A DNA stretch of 63,796 bases, the filler included, from Trichomonas gallinae (lineage: Eukaryota), in assembly GCA_008369845.1 (NCBI GenBank). It is 8 parts of 8 records of this genome, joined end to end, with 100 filler letters (N's around TTAATTAATTAA, not from the genome) between each part and the next. Parts side by side here need not be neighbours in the genome. Positions count along the whole stretch, not along the records: positions 43,251 to 54,899 come from MRSU01000865.1; positions 55,000 to 60,633 come from MRSU01000870.1; positions 60,734 to 63,796 come from MRSU01000879.1; 5 more parts are not named here. One strand, given 5' to 3'. The stretch's first letter is position 1, and every line of letters begins with the position of its first letter. The notes under the pieces are model-generated. The model saw only the letters and a program-made list of their open reading frames with translations, had not been told where the DNA came from and ran no database searches. Below, piece by piece: positions 54,496-63,796 of this stretch. Position numbers and translations under genes: made by a program.

Positions 54496-54899
54496 TATTT
54501 TATCCATTTAATCACCACAAACTACATTAATTCATACCATATACACTGTGCAGCTTGATGGTTCTTCTCTAAGGCACAAATTTATTTTTAGATATTTATC
54601 TTACTTGCTATCCATGGAAATTATATCACAACGTGAAAACCAAACGCGTATTACCAAAATTGTACTGATAAAATTAACTGTTTATTACAGTTTTATTTTT
54701 TTTTGCTCTATGGATATTATCTACCAAAAAAGAAGCTTGAGGATCCAATAGATGAAAAGTATCAATAGTTTACGCTTTATAAGAGCGATATGTAAATGAA
54801 TACTGTCCCCCGTTTTTCCGATGTCAGACAGCTTTTTCGATACGTATTCAATTTCTTGGGACCCAAAGTGGCAGGACAAGATGTGAAGTGGTCAAGCAT

Positions 54900-54999
54900 N
54901 NNNNNNNNNNNNNNNNNNNNNNNNNNNNNNNNNNNNNNNNNNNTTAATTAATTAANNNNNNNNNNNNNNNNNNNNNNNNNNNNNNNNNNNNNNNNNNNN
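54900..54999. other. Artificial contig linker
   Basis: N44-TTAATTAATTAA-N44. Confidence 0.98.
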
Positions 55000-55149
55000 A
55001 TACTCCCCTATTCCATATGTATCCAACAGGCATGGTTTCGAGGCGATCTGAAAATGTGGAGGGAGTTCCCCCCCTTTTGATTTTCCTTGCTTGGCGGCTG
55101 CTTTAAATTTCAAAAATGAGGTGTATTATTTCAAAATTTTCCAATCGAT

Positions 55150-55875
55150 TTTTTTATCAGAATTATCCTTGAATTACAAAGCATATCCACTTTAATATCA
55201 ATTTGCAACGCAAATGAATTCAACAGTATATGCGTTTTCTATTGTTTTTCAATAATACAATCAGAACTAACTCATTATTGCTTCATAAAGCCGTAAATTC
55301 TGCTATAGTATCATTACATAGCCTCATATACTCTTCCTGCAGGCAAACAATTGATGTTTACATTCTAATTCGTTCTAAATTTGGCATCCCTTGTATTCAA
55401 CACTAGTGAATAAGCAACATTGCAGAAAGTACACTTGCTCCATTAGCTCCCTCATCATATCACTCTGTTTTTTCAATCATGAATTTAATTTATTGTTTTC
55501 CATGATTCACAATGCTCGACGCACGAAAATAGCTAACTAATTGTAGCAGCATTTTAAATTTCAGATTTGGAGTGTTTCACATTTTTTAAAATATTTTTCA
55601 CAGAACATCCTCAGATTTCCATTATAAATTACTGCAAAATCAACTTGCATTCCTTTGTTTTGTTTGTTTTCCATGTTTGTTGTGGCTATGATTTGCCAAT
55701 CATCTCCACGATATATCTTGTGATTTTGGAATTGATCTTCGATAAATTTTTTATACACCACTCGGGTAAGCAAATTGATTGGTGTCCGGTTTGCTGAATG
55801 TCTTTCTATCCTTGAATAAAAAAATACGTTCATTACTCGGTAGCAAAAAGTGATGTGAGTTTCTGGAGTACTCAT
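55150..55875 (-). pseudogene. Degraded gene of unknown family
   Basis: 104-aa ORF preceded by TCACTT-like sequence nearby, followed by coding-like sequence broken by stops. Confidence 0.35.
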
Positions 55876-56021
55876 AGAATATTTTGTTTACTATCATTCA
55901 ATTGTTTGGCCGCGTTACTGACTTATGAAAAGTAGTTTACTAAATAAATGTAATTGAAGACCTATGAATTATGATTTTACATGACAAAATTTTTGTTTAT
56001 GTAACATAATTAAAAGTGACA

Positions 56022-56279
56022 ATGACTCTCCCTATAATTGTTCATGTTAAACAACACTCACAAATGAAGAATATCATAGAGTATTGCGAGAAACAGTTAT
56101 CTGATAGAGTGTTTCCTGGACTTTCATTAGTTGGAGAGGAAAAGGCAGTCAATAAAGTTATTTCAATCGCTGAAATTCTCAAAAATAAGCATGATTTACT
56201 AATGGCTACACTGCTCGAAGAATCTACTGACTCACCGAATGAACCTAAGCTGACTATTACATTATCAATGAAACAATAA
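56022..56279 (+). CDS. Alba-superfamily (Rpp25/Alba-like) nucleic-acid-binding protein
   Basis: V....MKNII.Y....L, G..KAVNKVISIAEILK, PKLTITLS; AAAAGTGAC directly before ATG 56022. Confidence 0.8.
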   Translation: MTLPIIVHVKQHSQMKNIIEYCEKQLSDRVFPGLSLVGEEKAVNKVISIAEILKNKHDLLMATLLEESTDSPNEPKLTITLSMKQ

Positions 56280-56627
56280 AATATTTGTTTATTTGCTGCT
56301 TAACTTGAAAACATTTAATTCATGCGATATATTTTCATTGCACATGTTCCTTGAATTGTACCAAAAATTATATTTTTTTGAAATAGTTAATTTTATACTG
56401 ACGTATGCAAAAATATGCAGCAGTATATCACTATTAAATGTAAAAGCAAATATATGATAAAATGCATGATTATGAAACTGTATCTTTATTAATAACAGGA
56501 ATAACTATTTAAATATACTCTCATGATGTTTGAAATGAATAAAATTAGATAGTGTAGATAAAGCGAAAATAGAAAAAAAAAAAAAAATTCTTCGTTTTGC
56601 AATATTTCTACAATTTGCAATATTCTT

Positions 56628-56951
56628 TCAATCACTTGCTTCTTTCTCATCATTTGACTTAATCTCATTATGTTCTTCTTCTTTCAGCTGCTCCTCATCA
56701 ACTTTCTTTTTGATATAATTGATATGAAGTTGATCCATAATTGCACGAGCCTTGTATACGCCTTCTATTGTTGATTTTTGAAAAGCAGCTTCTCTTGGTC
56801 TATCGTGATTGATATCTTCCACTATAGGATAAGTATCTAATGAAATTCTAAGGTTCTGGATGAAGTGCTGCTCTGGCTCTATATTTTTTCCTTTGAGAAT
56901 CTCTAGTTTTTGGCTAAGAATTCTTTGAGATTCCTCAGGTGTTAGACTCAT
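56628..56951 (-). CDS. Ebp2-like (rRNA processing) short protein
   Basis: DINHD..REAAF....EGV..A...L..L.I.Y resembles the start of the Ebp2 domain; the rest is absent. Confidence 0.5.
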   Translation of the reverse strand: MSLTPEESQRILSQKLEILKGKNIEPEQHFIQNLRISLDTYPIVEDINHDRPREAAFQKSTIEGVYKARAIMDQLHINYIKKKVDEEQLKEEEHNEIKSNDEKEASD

Positions 56952-57180
56952 TTTTTAAAAAAAAAATGTCTCGAAATCGTCATGTAAATCAATTTATATG
57001 TCAGATTATATATTCTTCAAATCTTCAGTCTAACCAGCGAAATATAATAAGAATCAAAATGAGTCCATCTAACATTGATGATCAGAATCAATATACAGGA
57101 ATTGATAGATTGACTATTATGTGATATTTTATTATATTAATAATTTGTTTATTTATAAAGATGGCAAGTGTAAGTATCTT

Positions 57181-57504
57181 TTAGAAGTCGAACATATCGC
57201 CGAGGTCAAGTGGAGCAGCAGCCTCCTCCTCCTTCTCCTCCTCCTTTGGAGCAGCAGCAGCAGCGCCGCCAGCTGGAGCAGCAGCACCACCAGCTGGTGC
57301 GGCACCACCAACCTTGGCCATTTCAGTCTTGCCGATTTCGACAAGCTCGTCGACTGCCTTCTCGTTCATCTTTGTGACAACGGCCTCAAGCTGAGCAGCA
57401 TCGATTTCAACACCAGCAGCCTCGAGAATCTTCTTGACCTGATCAACACTTGGCTTCTCGTTACCAGCGGCGACGGAAAGAAGATAAGCAGCAATGTACC
57501 TCAT
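57181..57504 (-). CDS. RPLP2: 60S acidic ribosomal protein P2
   Basis: MRYIAAYLL, KKILEAAG, Ala/Gly hinge, acidic tail ending DMFDF; ATG at 57504. Confidence 0.96.
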   Translation of the reverse strand: MRYIAAYLLSVAAGNEKPSVDQVKKILEAAGVEIDAAQLEAVVTKMNEKAVDELVEIGKTEMAKVGGAAPAGGAAAPAGGAAAAAPKEEEKEEEAAAPLDLGDMFDF

Positions 57505-57508
57505 CTTA

Positions 57509-57529
57509 AAAGGCTTGACCAAAACCGCT
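57509..57529 (-). promoter_or_regulatory. M3 (AGCGGTTT) plus M5 (CCTTT) core promoter of a ribosomal protein gene
   Basis: Minus strand gAGCGGTTTtggtcaagCCTTTtaagATG; fits the known T. vaginalis ribosomal-protein promoter architecture. Confidence 0.75.
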
Positions 57530-58005
57530 CAATTTCAATTCTATCGTCCAGATGGAACTTCCTTCTTTTAATGGTTATATAAAATCTCTAATAATAAAGA
57601 CTATATTGACTGCTAATTTTTTTTGTCATTTCCATCAATATAATGTTCCAATTTCCAAAAACACAAAATTTGAGCCCTCGATCCTAAGGGTTATAATGGT
57701 ATCGATTTTTAAAATATTTAAAACACTTAAAATGATATAATTTTCTAATTTTTTTTTAATTTAAAAATTTCTGTTTTATTCAAGAATCATATTTTTTTTT
57801 TCTGCTCTCTCGCTTCCAATATGTGAACCATAGATTATATGAGCTTTTCTGGGTATTTGAACGTCAATTAATTCTTCAGTTTGTCAAACTTTTAAAATCT
57901 ATCCAAAATAGTAGGATGACCATGTATTGCAATAAAATCGGATTTGTTTTATTACATAATCAAAATTTTAAAAAGCGCTGGAAAAATAAATAATAATCAA
58001 TTGAC

Positions 58006-60045
58006 ATGACTGATCAAGCTAATTACAGGCAATTCTATCAGCTCTATTTAGCGCAATTATCATCAGGCTGCGACTCACTAGTATGCAAATCTAAATACTG
58101 TCGCTCTTCTCCAAATTTTGAATTTCATAATCAAAAAATTACCGAAAAGGCATTAGAATTCGCAGAAAAAGGTAACCAAAACCTTTGTCCAACGCTGAGC
58201 CCTTTACTGCTTAAGCCAAGTAAGCTACCTCAAATTGCGAAGTGTGCTGTTATATTAAATAAATTAATGCATCATCGCCCTATTAATGATCTAAAATCAC
58301 TAATTATTGCATATCAAGATCCTGATATATTCTGTCACTTGTTAATGGGAGATGAATGTATAATCACTCCAAGCAATTTACTATTCGATGATACCATTGT
58401 TGATGACTTCTACAGAGAGATTAAGAAAAACAAAGGAATCATCAAATGTTATCAGAATTTTGCCAATCTTATTGATGAAATCAACTCTAAGCAACCATCA
58501 CTAACAAAAGTTAGAGGCATTTTACTACTTCTTCTTTTTAATGGTATACATACACAAAAGAATTATATAAATATTTATCGCACAATTGCAAGTTTCCAAC
58601 AAAGCGAAATGTATGTGTTATTTGCTGCTCTTTCAACACATCAATTACTTTTGTCACATATTTTAGAAACAACGCATGATTTTATTCGCAAGTATTTAAT
58701 AGATAATCCAGACGAGCATCCACATTCTCAAAATATGCGCGTAATAGCATCTGTTGTTCAGCTATTCTACACGATTAACACAAAGTACGACAATCCACTT
58801 CCAATCAGACGCTTTTATAATGAAAAATTTTGCCAAAAGCTAGATCCTCGCTGCGAAGTTGAATTGATCAACATTACCAATTTATCGTACATAGTAATGC
58901 CAGCTATCCTCACTCTCGCATTCAAAATCCAAACAATTGAACAAGAAAGGGTTCTTAAAAGCGTTGAAGGTCATTACAACGGGCAAACATTCGACATAAT
59001 GGTTAGTCGCGACAATATTTTACAAGATATTATGGGCCAACTCCGACAATCTGAAAATCCACCTTATGAAAGGCCAATAAAAATCACATTCAAAGGAGAA
59101 ACAGGGTTGGATGATGGCGGATTATCGCGTGAATTCTTTTCATTGATATCAAAACAAATGATCAATCCAAATTATGGAATGTTCATTACGGTCAACAACA
59201 TATATTACTGGTTCAATCCATCGCATCCAGAGGGCGAGTATTTCTACAAAATAGTAGGATATATCGTCGGACTTGCTGCAGTCAACACATACAACATTTC
59301 AATTCAGTTTCCACCATTGCTTTTCAAAAAATTAGTTGGCAAAAAACTAACAATTGACGATCTTGTTGATTTGAAGCCTGATTTTGTTACACAAATCAAA
59401 GAATATGATGGTGATTGGGCTGATATTGGCCTCGCTTTTGAAGCCACAATTCAATCACTTGATGGAACTTACATTACTGTCGAATTGAAACCAGGTGGTT
59501 CAAACATAGACGTAACAAACGAAAATATTAATGAGTATATTTCATTATACTGCGATTACTATATGAATAAAAGCATTGAAGGACCATATAGGCAATTTGA
59601 AGCTGGTTTCAAACAAGTTGTGGAAGCTGGTGGCAATCAATTGAAATCTTGCGAAACAATTAAATCACTTAGCTTTGATGAGCTTTCTGAGCTTGTTTGC
59701 GGCAGACATAAATTTGATTGGGAGAATTTGAAGAGGAGCATCAAATATTCCCCACCTTATGATTACAATTCACCGACTATTGTACACTTCTGGGAAATAT
59801 TTGATGAATTCACAGATGATCAGAAGAAAGACTTGTATACATTTATAACGGCATTTAAGACAGCTCCCGTTGGCGGATTAAGGAGTGTTTCCATTACTAT
59901 CTCTTACTCCGGAGAAACAACAAAATTCCCAACAGCACATACTTGTAATTTGATGCTTGTTCTTCCAGACTATAAGGACAAGAAATTACTCAAAGAAAAA
60001 TTACTTTATTGCATTGAAAACGCAGAAGGATTTGGTGCAATTTAA
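58006..60045 (+). CDS. HECT E3 ubiquitin ligase with N-terminal AZUL-like zinc finger (UBE3A-like)
   Basis: QL..GC....C....C.S; F.GE.G.D.GGL.REFF; FPTAHTCN.L.LP.Y; GFG C-terminus. Confidence 0.94.
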   Translation: MTDQANYRQFYQLYLAQLSSGCDSLVCKSKYCRSSPNFEFHNQKITEKALEFAEKGNQNLCPTLSPLLLKPSKLPQIAKCAVILNKLMHHRPINDLKSLIIAYQDPDIFCHLLMGDECIITPSNLLFDDTIVDDFYREIKKNKGIIKCYQNFANLIDEINSKQPSLTKVRGILLLLLFNGIHTQKNYINIYRTIASFQQSEMYVLFAALSTHQLLLSHILETTHDFIRKYLIDNPDEHPHSQNMRVIASVVQLFYTINTKYDNPLPIRRFYNEKFCQKLDPRCEVELINITNLSYIVMPAILTLAFKIQTIEQERVLKSVEGHYNGQTFDIMVSRDNILQDIMGQLRQSENPPYERPIKITFKGETGLDDGGLSREFFSLISKQMINPNYGMFITVNNIYYWFNPSHPEGEYFYKIVGYIVGLAAVNTYNISIQFPPLLFKKLVGKKLTIDDLVDLKPDFVTQIKEYDGDWADIGLAFEATIQSLDGTYITVELKPGGSNIDVTNENINEYISLYCDYYMNKSIEGPYRQFEAGFKQVVEAGGNQLKSCETIKSLSFDELSELVCGRHKFDWENLKRSIKYSPPYDYNSPTIVHFWEIFDEFTDDQKKDLYTFITAFKTAPVGGLRSVSITISYSGETTKFPTAHTCNLMLVLPDYKDKKLLKEKLLYCIENAEGFGAI

Positions 60046-60553
60046 TAGAAATTTTTCCTATTATTTCAATCATTTTTTTTTTCCCCTTTAATAATCGAAT
60101 TGTTGCAAAATCATAACTCTATTGTCAACCAAATCCAAAATTTAAATATATCTGAAAATGATATCGTTATGGCACTTTTTATGATATAATTAATTTGTTC
60201 AGTTTAGATTTCGCACATCTTTCTGAACATTTTAGATACCAAGCTTAGATCAGATCAGGCATACAAACATATTGCTTTCATCGGCAATAGGTACTTACCT
60301 GCTCTTACCAAGTCCTACTTTTCATATCTGACTCATCCTGTATTTAAAGATGTTTCAGGTCTTACCGTTTACAAATGCACATTTAAGCATGGTGTGGCAT
60401 CAGTGATTAACGTTCAAGGCAATCCTTGGGAAACAACTCAAAAGAAACCAAACGATCTTTAGCCTTCTGGCAACCAATTTAATTGATTTATTTTTTCGAA
60501 CTTGTACGGATGATTTTTTTTTCATTTTTTAAATCTAAATTAATTAAAGTACC

Positions 60554-60633
60554 AGTAGTATATGACGGGGGTTACTTGTCATTCTAGATATAGAGGATGT
60601 ATCCCAACAACGATATTTAGGCTACGTATCCGA
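60554..60633 (+). mobile_element. Probable Maverick/Polinton terminal inverted repeat at contig end
   Basis: Abrupt change from AT-rich DNA to AGTAGTATATGACGGGGG..., running to the contig break; AGT-repeat ends typify Polintons. Confidence 0.55.
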
Positions 60634-60733
60634 NNNNNNNNNNNNNNNNNNNNNNNNNNNNNNNNNNNNNNNNNNNNTTAATTAATTAANNNNNNNNNNN
60701 NNNNNNNNNNNNNNNNNNNNNNNNNNNNNNNNN
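60634..60733. other. Artificial contig linker
   Basis: N44-TTAATTAATTAA-N44. Confidence 0.98.
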
Positions 60734-60765
<32 letters not shown>

Positions 60766-61167
60766 ATGTTGTTTGTGACAGTTACCTATTTTTATAACCT
60801 TTTTACTTTTATTGTCTTTGAAATATGACTGAACTCCATTAATATATGCTTCAATATACAAATGCTTTACGAGCATTAGATGGACCACTTGCAGAGGATC
60901 AAAATATGTACAGAAATTACTCTTAATTGTGAATTTGAATTCGGTAGGTTATTGTTTCATAATTTTGCGTTTTTTTGCCAAATGTCAAAAATGTGTGTTT
61001 CAATTTTTTTTTTGACATGTAAAATTAATATTCAGGCAACTTTGTTTATTTCTCTGTCAAAAATTCATCAAGTTAAATTGCGACAACCTCTGCATTAGAC
61101 AGAGTTATACAAATACAGTAGGTAATAATGGAAGTATAGCATAGAGTATCACTAGAACATTCTATGT

Positions 61168-61326
61168 ATGTCTCGTGTCTTTTTGAGATTTTTGATGTTG
61201 ATTTCTCGTGGCTTTAATTTGGCAGGATTTCGCATGGATGGTACACCTCTGTTTAAAGATACAACTCCTCATTTTTTGGCTGGCAAAGATCGCGAAATGG
61301 ACTTCAGCGACAACGCCATGTTCTGA
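61168..61326 (+). CDS. Possible 52-aa (or 43-aa from ATG 61195) small protein
   Basis: MSRVFLRFLMLISRGFNLAGFRMDGTPLFKDTTPHFLAGKDREMDFSDNAMF*; GC-richer than flanks. Confidence 0.4.
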   Translation: MSRVFLRFLMLISRGFNLAGFRMDGTPLFKDTTPHFLAGKDREMDFSDNAMF

Positions 61327-61791
61327 CCTTGTTGGTATAGTTAGTTGCCCAAGTAGATGCTAAGTTGTACGTGAAAATATACGAAATATCTAAAATTCGT
61401 CGAAATGTTATGATTTTAAAAATCAAAAAACGAAGTAAATCCAGAAAAGATAGAATGATTAGATAGAGAACGAAAATATAGGCTTATGTCACGTTTGAAT
61501 GAAGTAGCAAAATTCATTATATAGCGCGATATAGTCGATTTAAAGTCCAAAATGAAAAATCACTTTTTCTCGAAAATTCCTCGATTAATGTATATTAATT
61601 CTTTTACGAATGTTATGCATATGCAATTATGAGTAATTTTCCGGAATTTTTCTCATATTCTTGTTATATATATAGAAAATACGTCAGCTCTGATTCCATC
61701 GTATTTGTATGAGGTATAGTTATAGAGAACAATGAGATTTTTTTGATTTTTTATTTGCTTTACAAAATTTTTCAATTTTTTTACTTGGCAA

Positions 61792-62988
61792 ATGGAGAGA
61801 AACAGCCACACTGATGATATATACGCAAACTGCATCAGGAGCTATTTAGCCGAAAACAAGGATCTGAGAGACCAGATAAAAAAAGTAAATAACGAAGTTA
61901 TGGATCATAAAGATCAAATATCCGTTATTTCTCAAAATCTTGCAAATGAGAAGCAAAACCATAATGCCACGAGAAATAAGTGTCATAAACTTGAAAATGA
62001 ACTTTACAATCTTGAACAGACAAACAAAGGAATTATTAATAGCGCGAACGAAAGGATAAATCTTCTAAATAATGAGCTCAAGTCACTACTTAAAGAGAAT
62101 GGACAACTGAAAGATCAGTTACTTTTCTATCAGAACGAAAATAAACAAATTTTGGGCAGAAATAAAAAGTTAGAAATCGAATTAAGCGAAAAAGAGTCTA
62201 CAATGCGAATCCTTCAGGAGCAAATTGATGATTTAAGAAAGAATGAAATCGTTTTGAAAAATAAAATTTCTGAATCTCAAGCATTATACAGCACATACTT
62301 TAAGAAATGTCAGGACTTACAGATGGAATTAGATCTGGCTAATCAAAACAACCAGCAGAATAACAAAATGGTTTCAAATCTTCAAATTCGAATTTCTTCA
62401 CTGGAAGATACGGCTCGTCGCACGAAATCCCAAGAGTCTGCTATAATTGAAAAGGATTTGATAATCGATGACTTACATAACCAGTTAATTAAAGCAAATT
62501 CTAAATGTCAAGCAGTAACAGATGCTTTGCAGCATTCACAAGATAAGTTGAGAGAATCAATGCATAATGATCAAGAAAATGCTGCTCTTAAGAGCAGAAT
62601 TGATGTTTTAGAAATGACAATTAAAAAATATGAAAATGAATTACTAGAAAAGAATCACATGTACACAGAATCGCTTGTTAAACAAAGCAGAACAATTGAC
62701 CAGCTTCGTCGCCAACTTTCTAATAGTTTAACTTCTCACGATTATGAAATGATGAAATCAGAAGCATCGGAAGCGAGAAGGCTCGCAAACTCGCTTGGTC
62801 AAGATTATCATTCAATTAAACAAACATTTGATACTATCTCGAATAAAGTTTCGAATCTGGAGTCATCGATAAGAGCTGCGAACTCAGCCCCTGCTTCTCC
62901 AACTCGTGTGACTACATACGAAAATGATTATGTGGATGAAATTGATGACAACTTCAAAAGAAATTTAATCTCAAGTGATTATTTGTAA
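61792..62988 (+). CDS. Coiled-coil hypothetical protein
   Basis: 398-aa heptad-rich ORF ending in TAAA. Confidence 0.85.
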   Translation: MERNSHTDDIYANCIRSYLAENKDLRDQIKKVNNEVMDHKDQISVISQNLANEKQNHNATRNKCHKLENELYNLEQTNKGIINSANERINLLNNELKSLLKENGQLKDQLLFYQNENKQILGRNKKLEIELSEKESTMRILQEQIDDLRKNEIVLKNKISESQALYSTYFKKCQDLQMELDLANQNNQQNNKMVSNLQIRISSLEDTARRTKSQESAIIEKDLIIDDLHNQLIKANSKCQAVTDALQHSQDKLRESMHNDQENAALKSRIDVLEMTIKKYENELLEKNHMYTESLVKQSRTIDQLRRQLSNSLTSHDYEMMKSEASEARRLANSLGQDYHSIKQTFDTISNKVSNLESSIRAANSAPASPTRVTTYENDYVDEIDDNFKRNLISSDYL

Positions 62989-63149
62989 ATTATAATAGAG
63001 CTAAACCATTAAATCTTGTATTTTATCATATATAAATCTAATACATTATTTGGTTTCGAAAATGATATAAAGAGTAATTTGTCCGAAGATTTGATATAAT
63101 GTTGAGTAAACATATATGTCAAATGTTTCTTTATCGTGTTTTGGTTGAT

Positions 63150-63480
63150 TTATTGCATTTTTAATATCATTTAATGCTTGAAATTTCTTCGTTGAAAATG
63201 ATGAAAGCAAAAGATCTTCAAAATATAATTCAAAATTTACTATATCCGAATGGGAGTTTATGATTGTAAGATTTATATAGAGTCCATTAAATGTAAAGAG
63301 TGTTCCTTTTCCATTATCACCATGAATTGCTCATTTTTCAATAATGACTTCTTGAGGAGAAGAACTATAAAAATAAATGCACCCTGTTCTGTTTTCTCCT
63401 TGTGAATTATTTACACTATTGCAGTAATGATGCTTTTTCCTGTCAGATGTAAAGCTCAAGTTGACAAAAACATGAATATG
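63150..63480 (-). pseudogene. Beta-helix family pseudogene fragment
   Basis: Manual translation YCNSVNNSQGENRTGCIYFYSS..VIIEK*AIHGDNGKGTLFTF with an in-frame stop. Confidence 0.5.
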
Positions 63481-63796
63481 AGTCCATTAAATTCATCTGT
63501 CATTAAGAAACTGATTGGCTTATTAAAATTGAAAAAAAATTATCTGTTTTTTGACAAAAAAAAGGATTTTACAAGCAAAATTTCAAAAATTTTATTCGAC
63601 CAAGAAGTTTTCTCTATAACATTAATAAAAAAAATGTACGTTTCTGACTTTGTCCGGCCAAAGTCACTTTTCAGAAGCGTAAAAAATGGATTATGGAAAA
63701 TTCTATGATTATTTCCAAATAAGGATGTCGAAAAGTGGGGTGGGGTACCCCATGTTTTTAAAATGATGGGGTATGGGGTATTGTCACTTTTTCGCG

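Noticed and set aside
60292..60301. TACTTACCTG resembling the U1 snRNA 5' end
   Set aside because: No U1 70K loop, U1A loop or suitably placed Sm site follows; lies in a coding-like frame
9603..60733. Seven identical TTAATTAATTAA sequences as a biological repeat
   Set aside because: Always centred in 44+44 Ns: an assembly linker. ORFs running into them are truncated artefacts.

Overview
AT-rich eukaryotic DNA from a trichomonad (parabasalid, most likely Trichomonas). Evidence: apparently intronless genes, TCA(T/C)T initiators just upstream of ATGs, AAAGTGAC and M3/M5 promoter motifs, stop codons embedded in TAAA, and typical expanded families (BspA-like LRR, ankyrin, Myb, NEK, transmembrane cyclase). 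The window is eight contigs joined by seven artificial 100-bp N44-TTAATTAATTAA-N44 linkers, so adjacency across linkers is not evidence of synteny. It holds about 30 protein genes, including gnd, Sec61-alpha (partial), maltose O-acetyltransferase, an EF-hand protein, R2R3 Myb, Beclin/ATG6, a thioredoxin-domain protein, a bromodomain protein, zeta-COP, Kelch, a repeat-rich NEK, a cyclin, a partial cyclase, CK1, MIF4G, Alba, an Ebp2-like fragment, RPLP2 and an AZUL-HECT E3. It also holds tRNA-Gly(TCC) and several pseudogenes. Features not in the ORF track, found by reading the sequence: a U4 snRNA gene (12362-12508, minus), a second member of a small single-pass membrane protein family (54343-54495), a recurrent clustered TTTACWTGWCA motif, a uORF plus 3' tandem hairpins around a standalone WNK/OSR1-CCT-like gene, a structured GC-richer element at 51037-51171, and probable transposon termini at contig ends (Maverick-like AGTAGT end at 60554). 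I see no clear novel multi-gene system; the best leads are these small elements. All family assignments come from motif recognition by eye, not from database searches.
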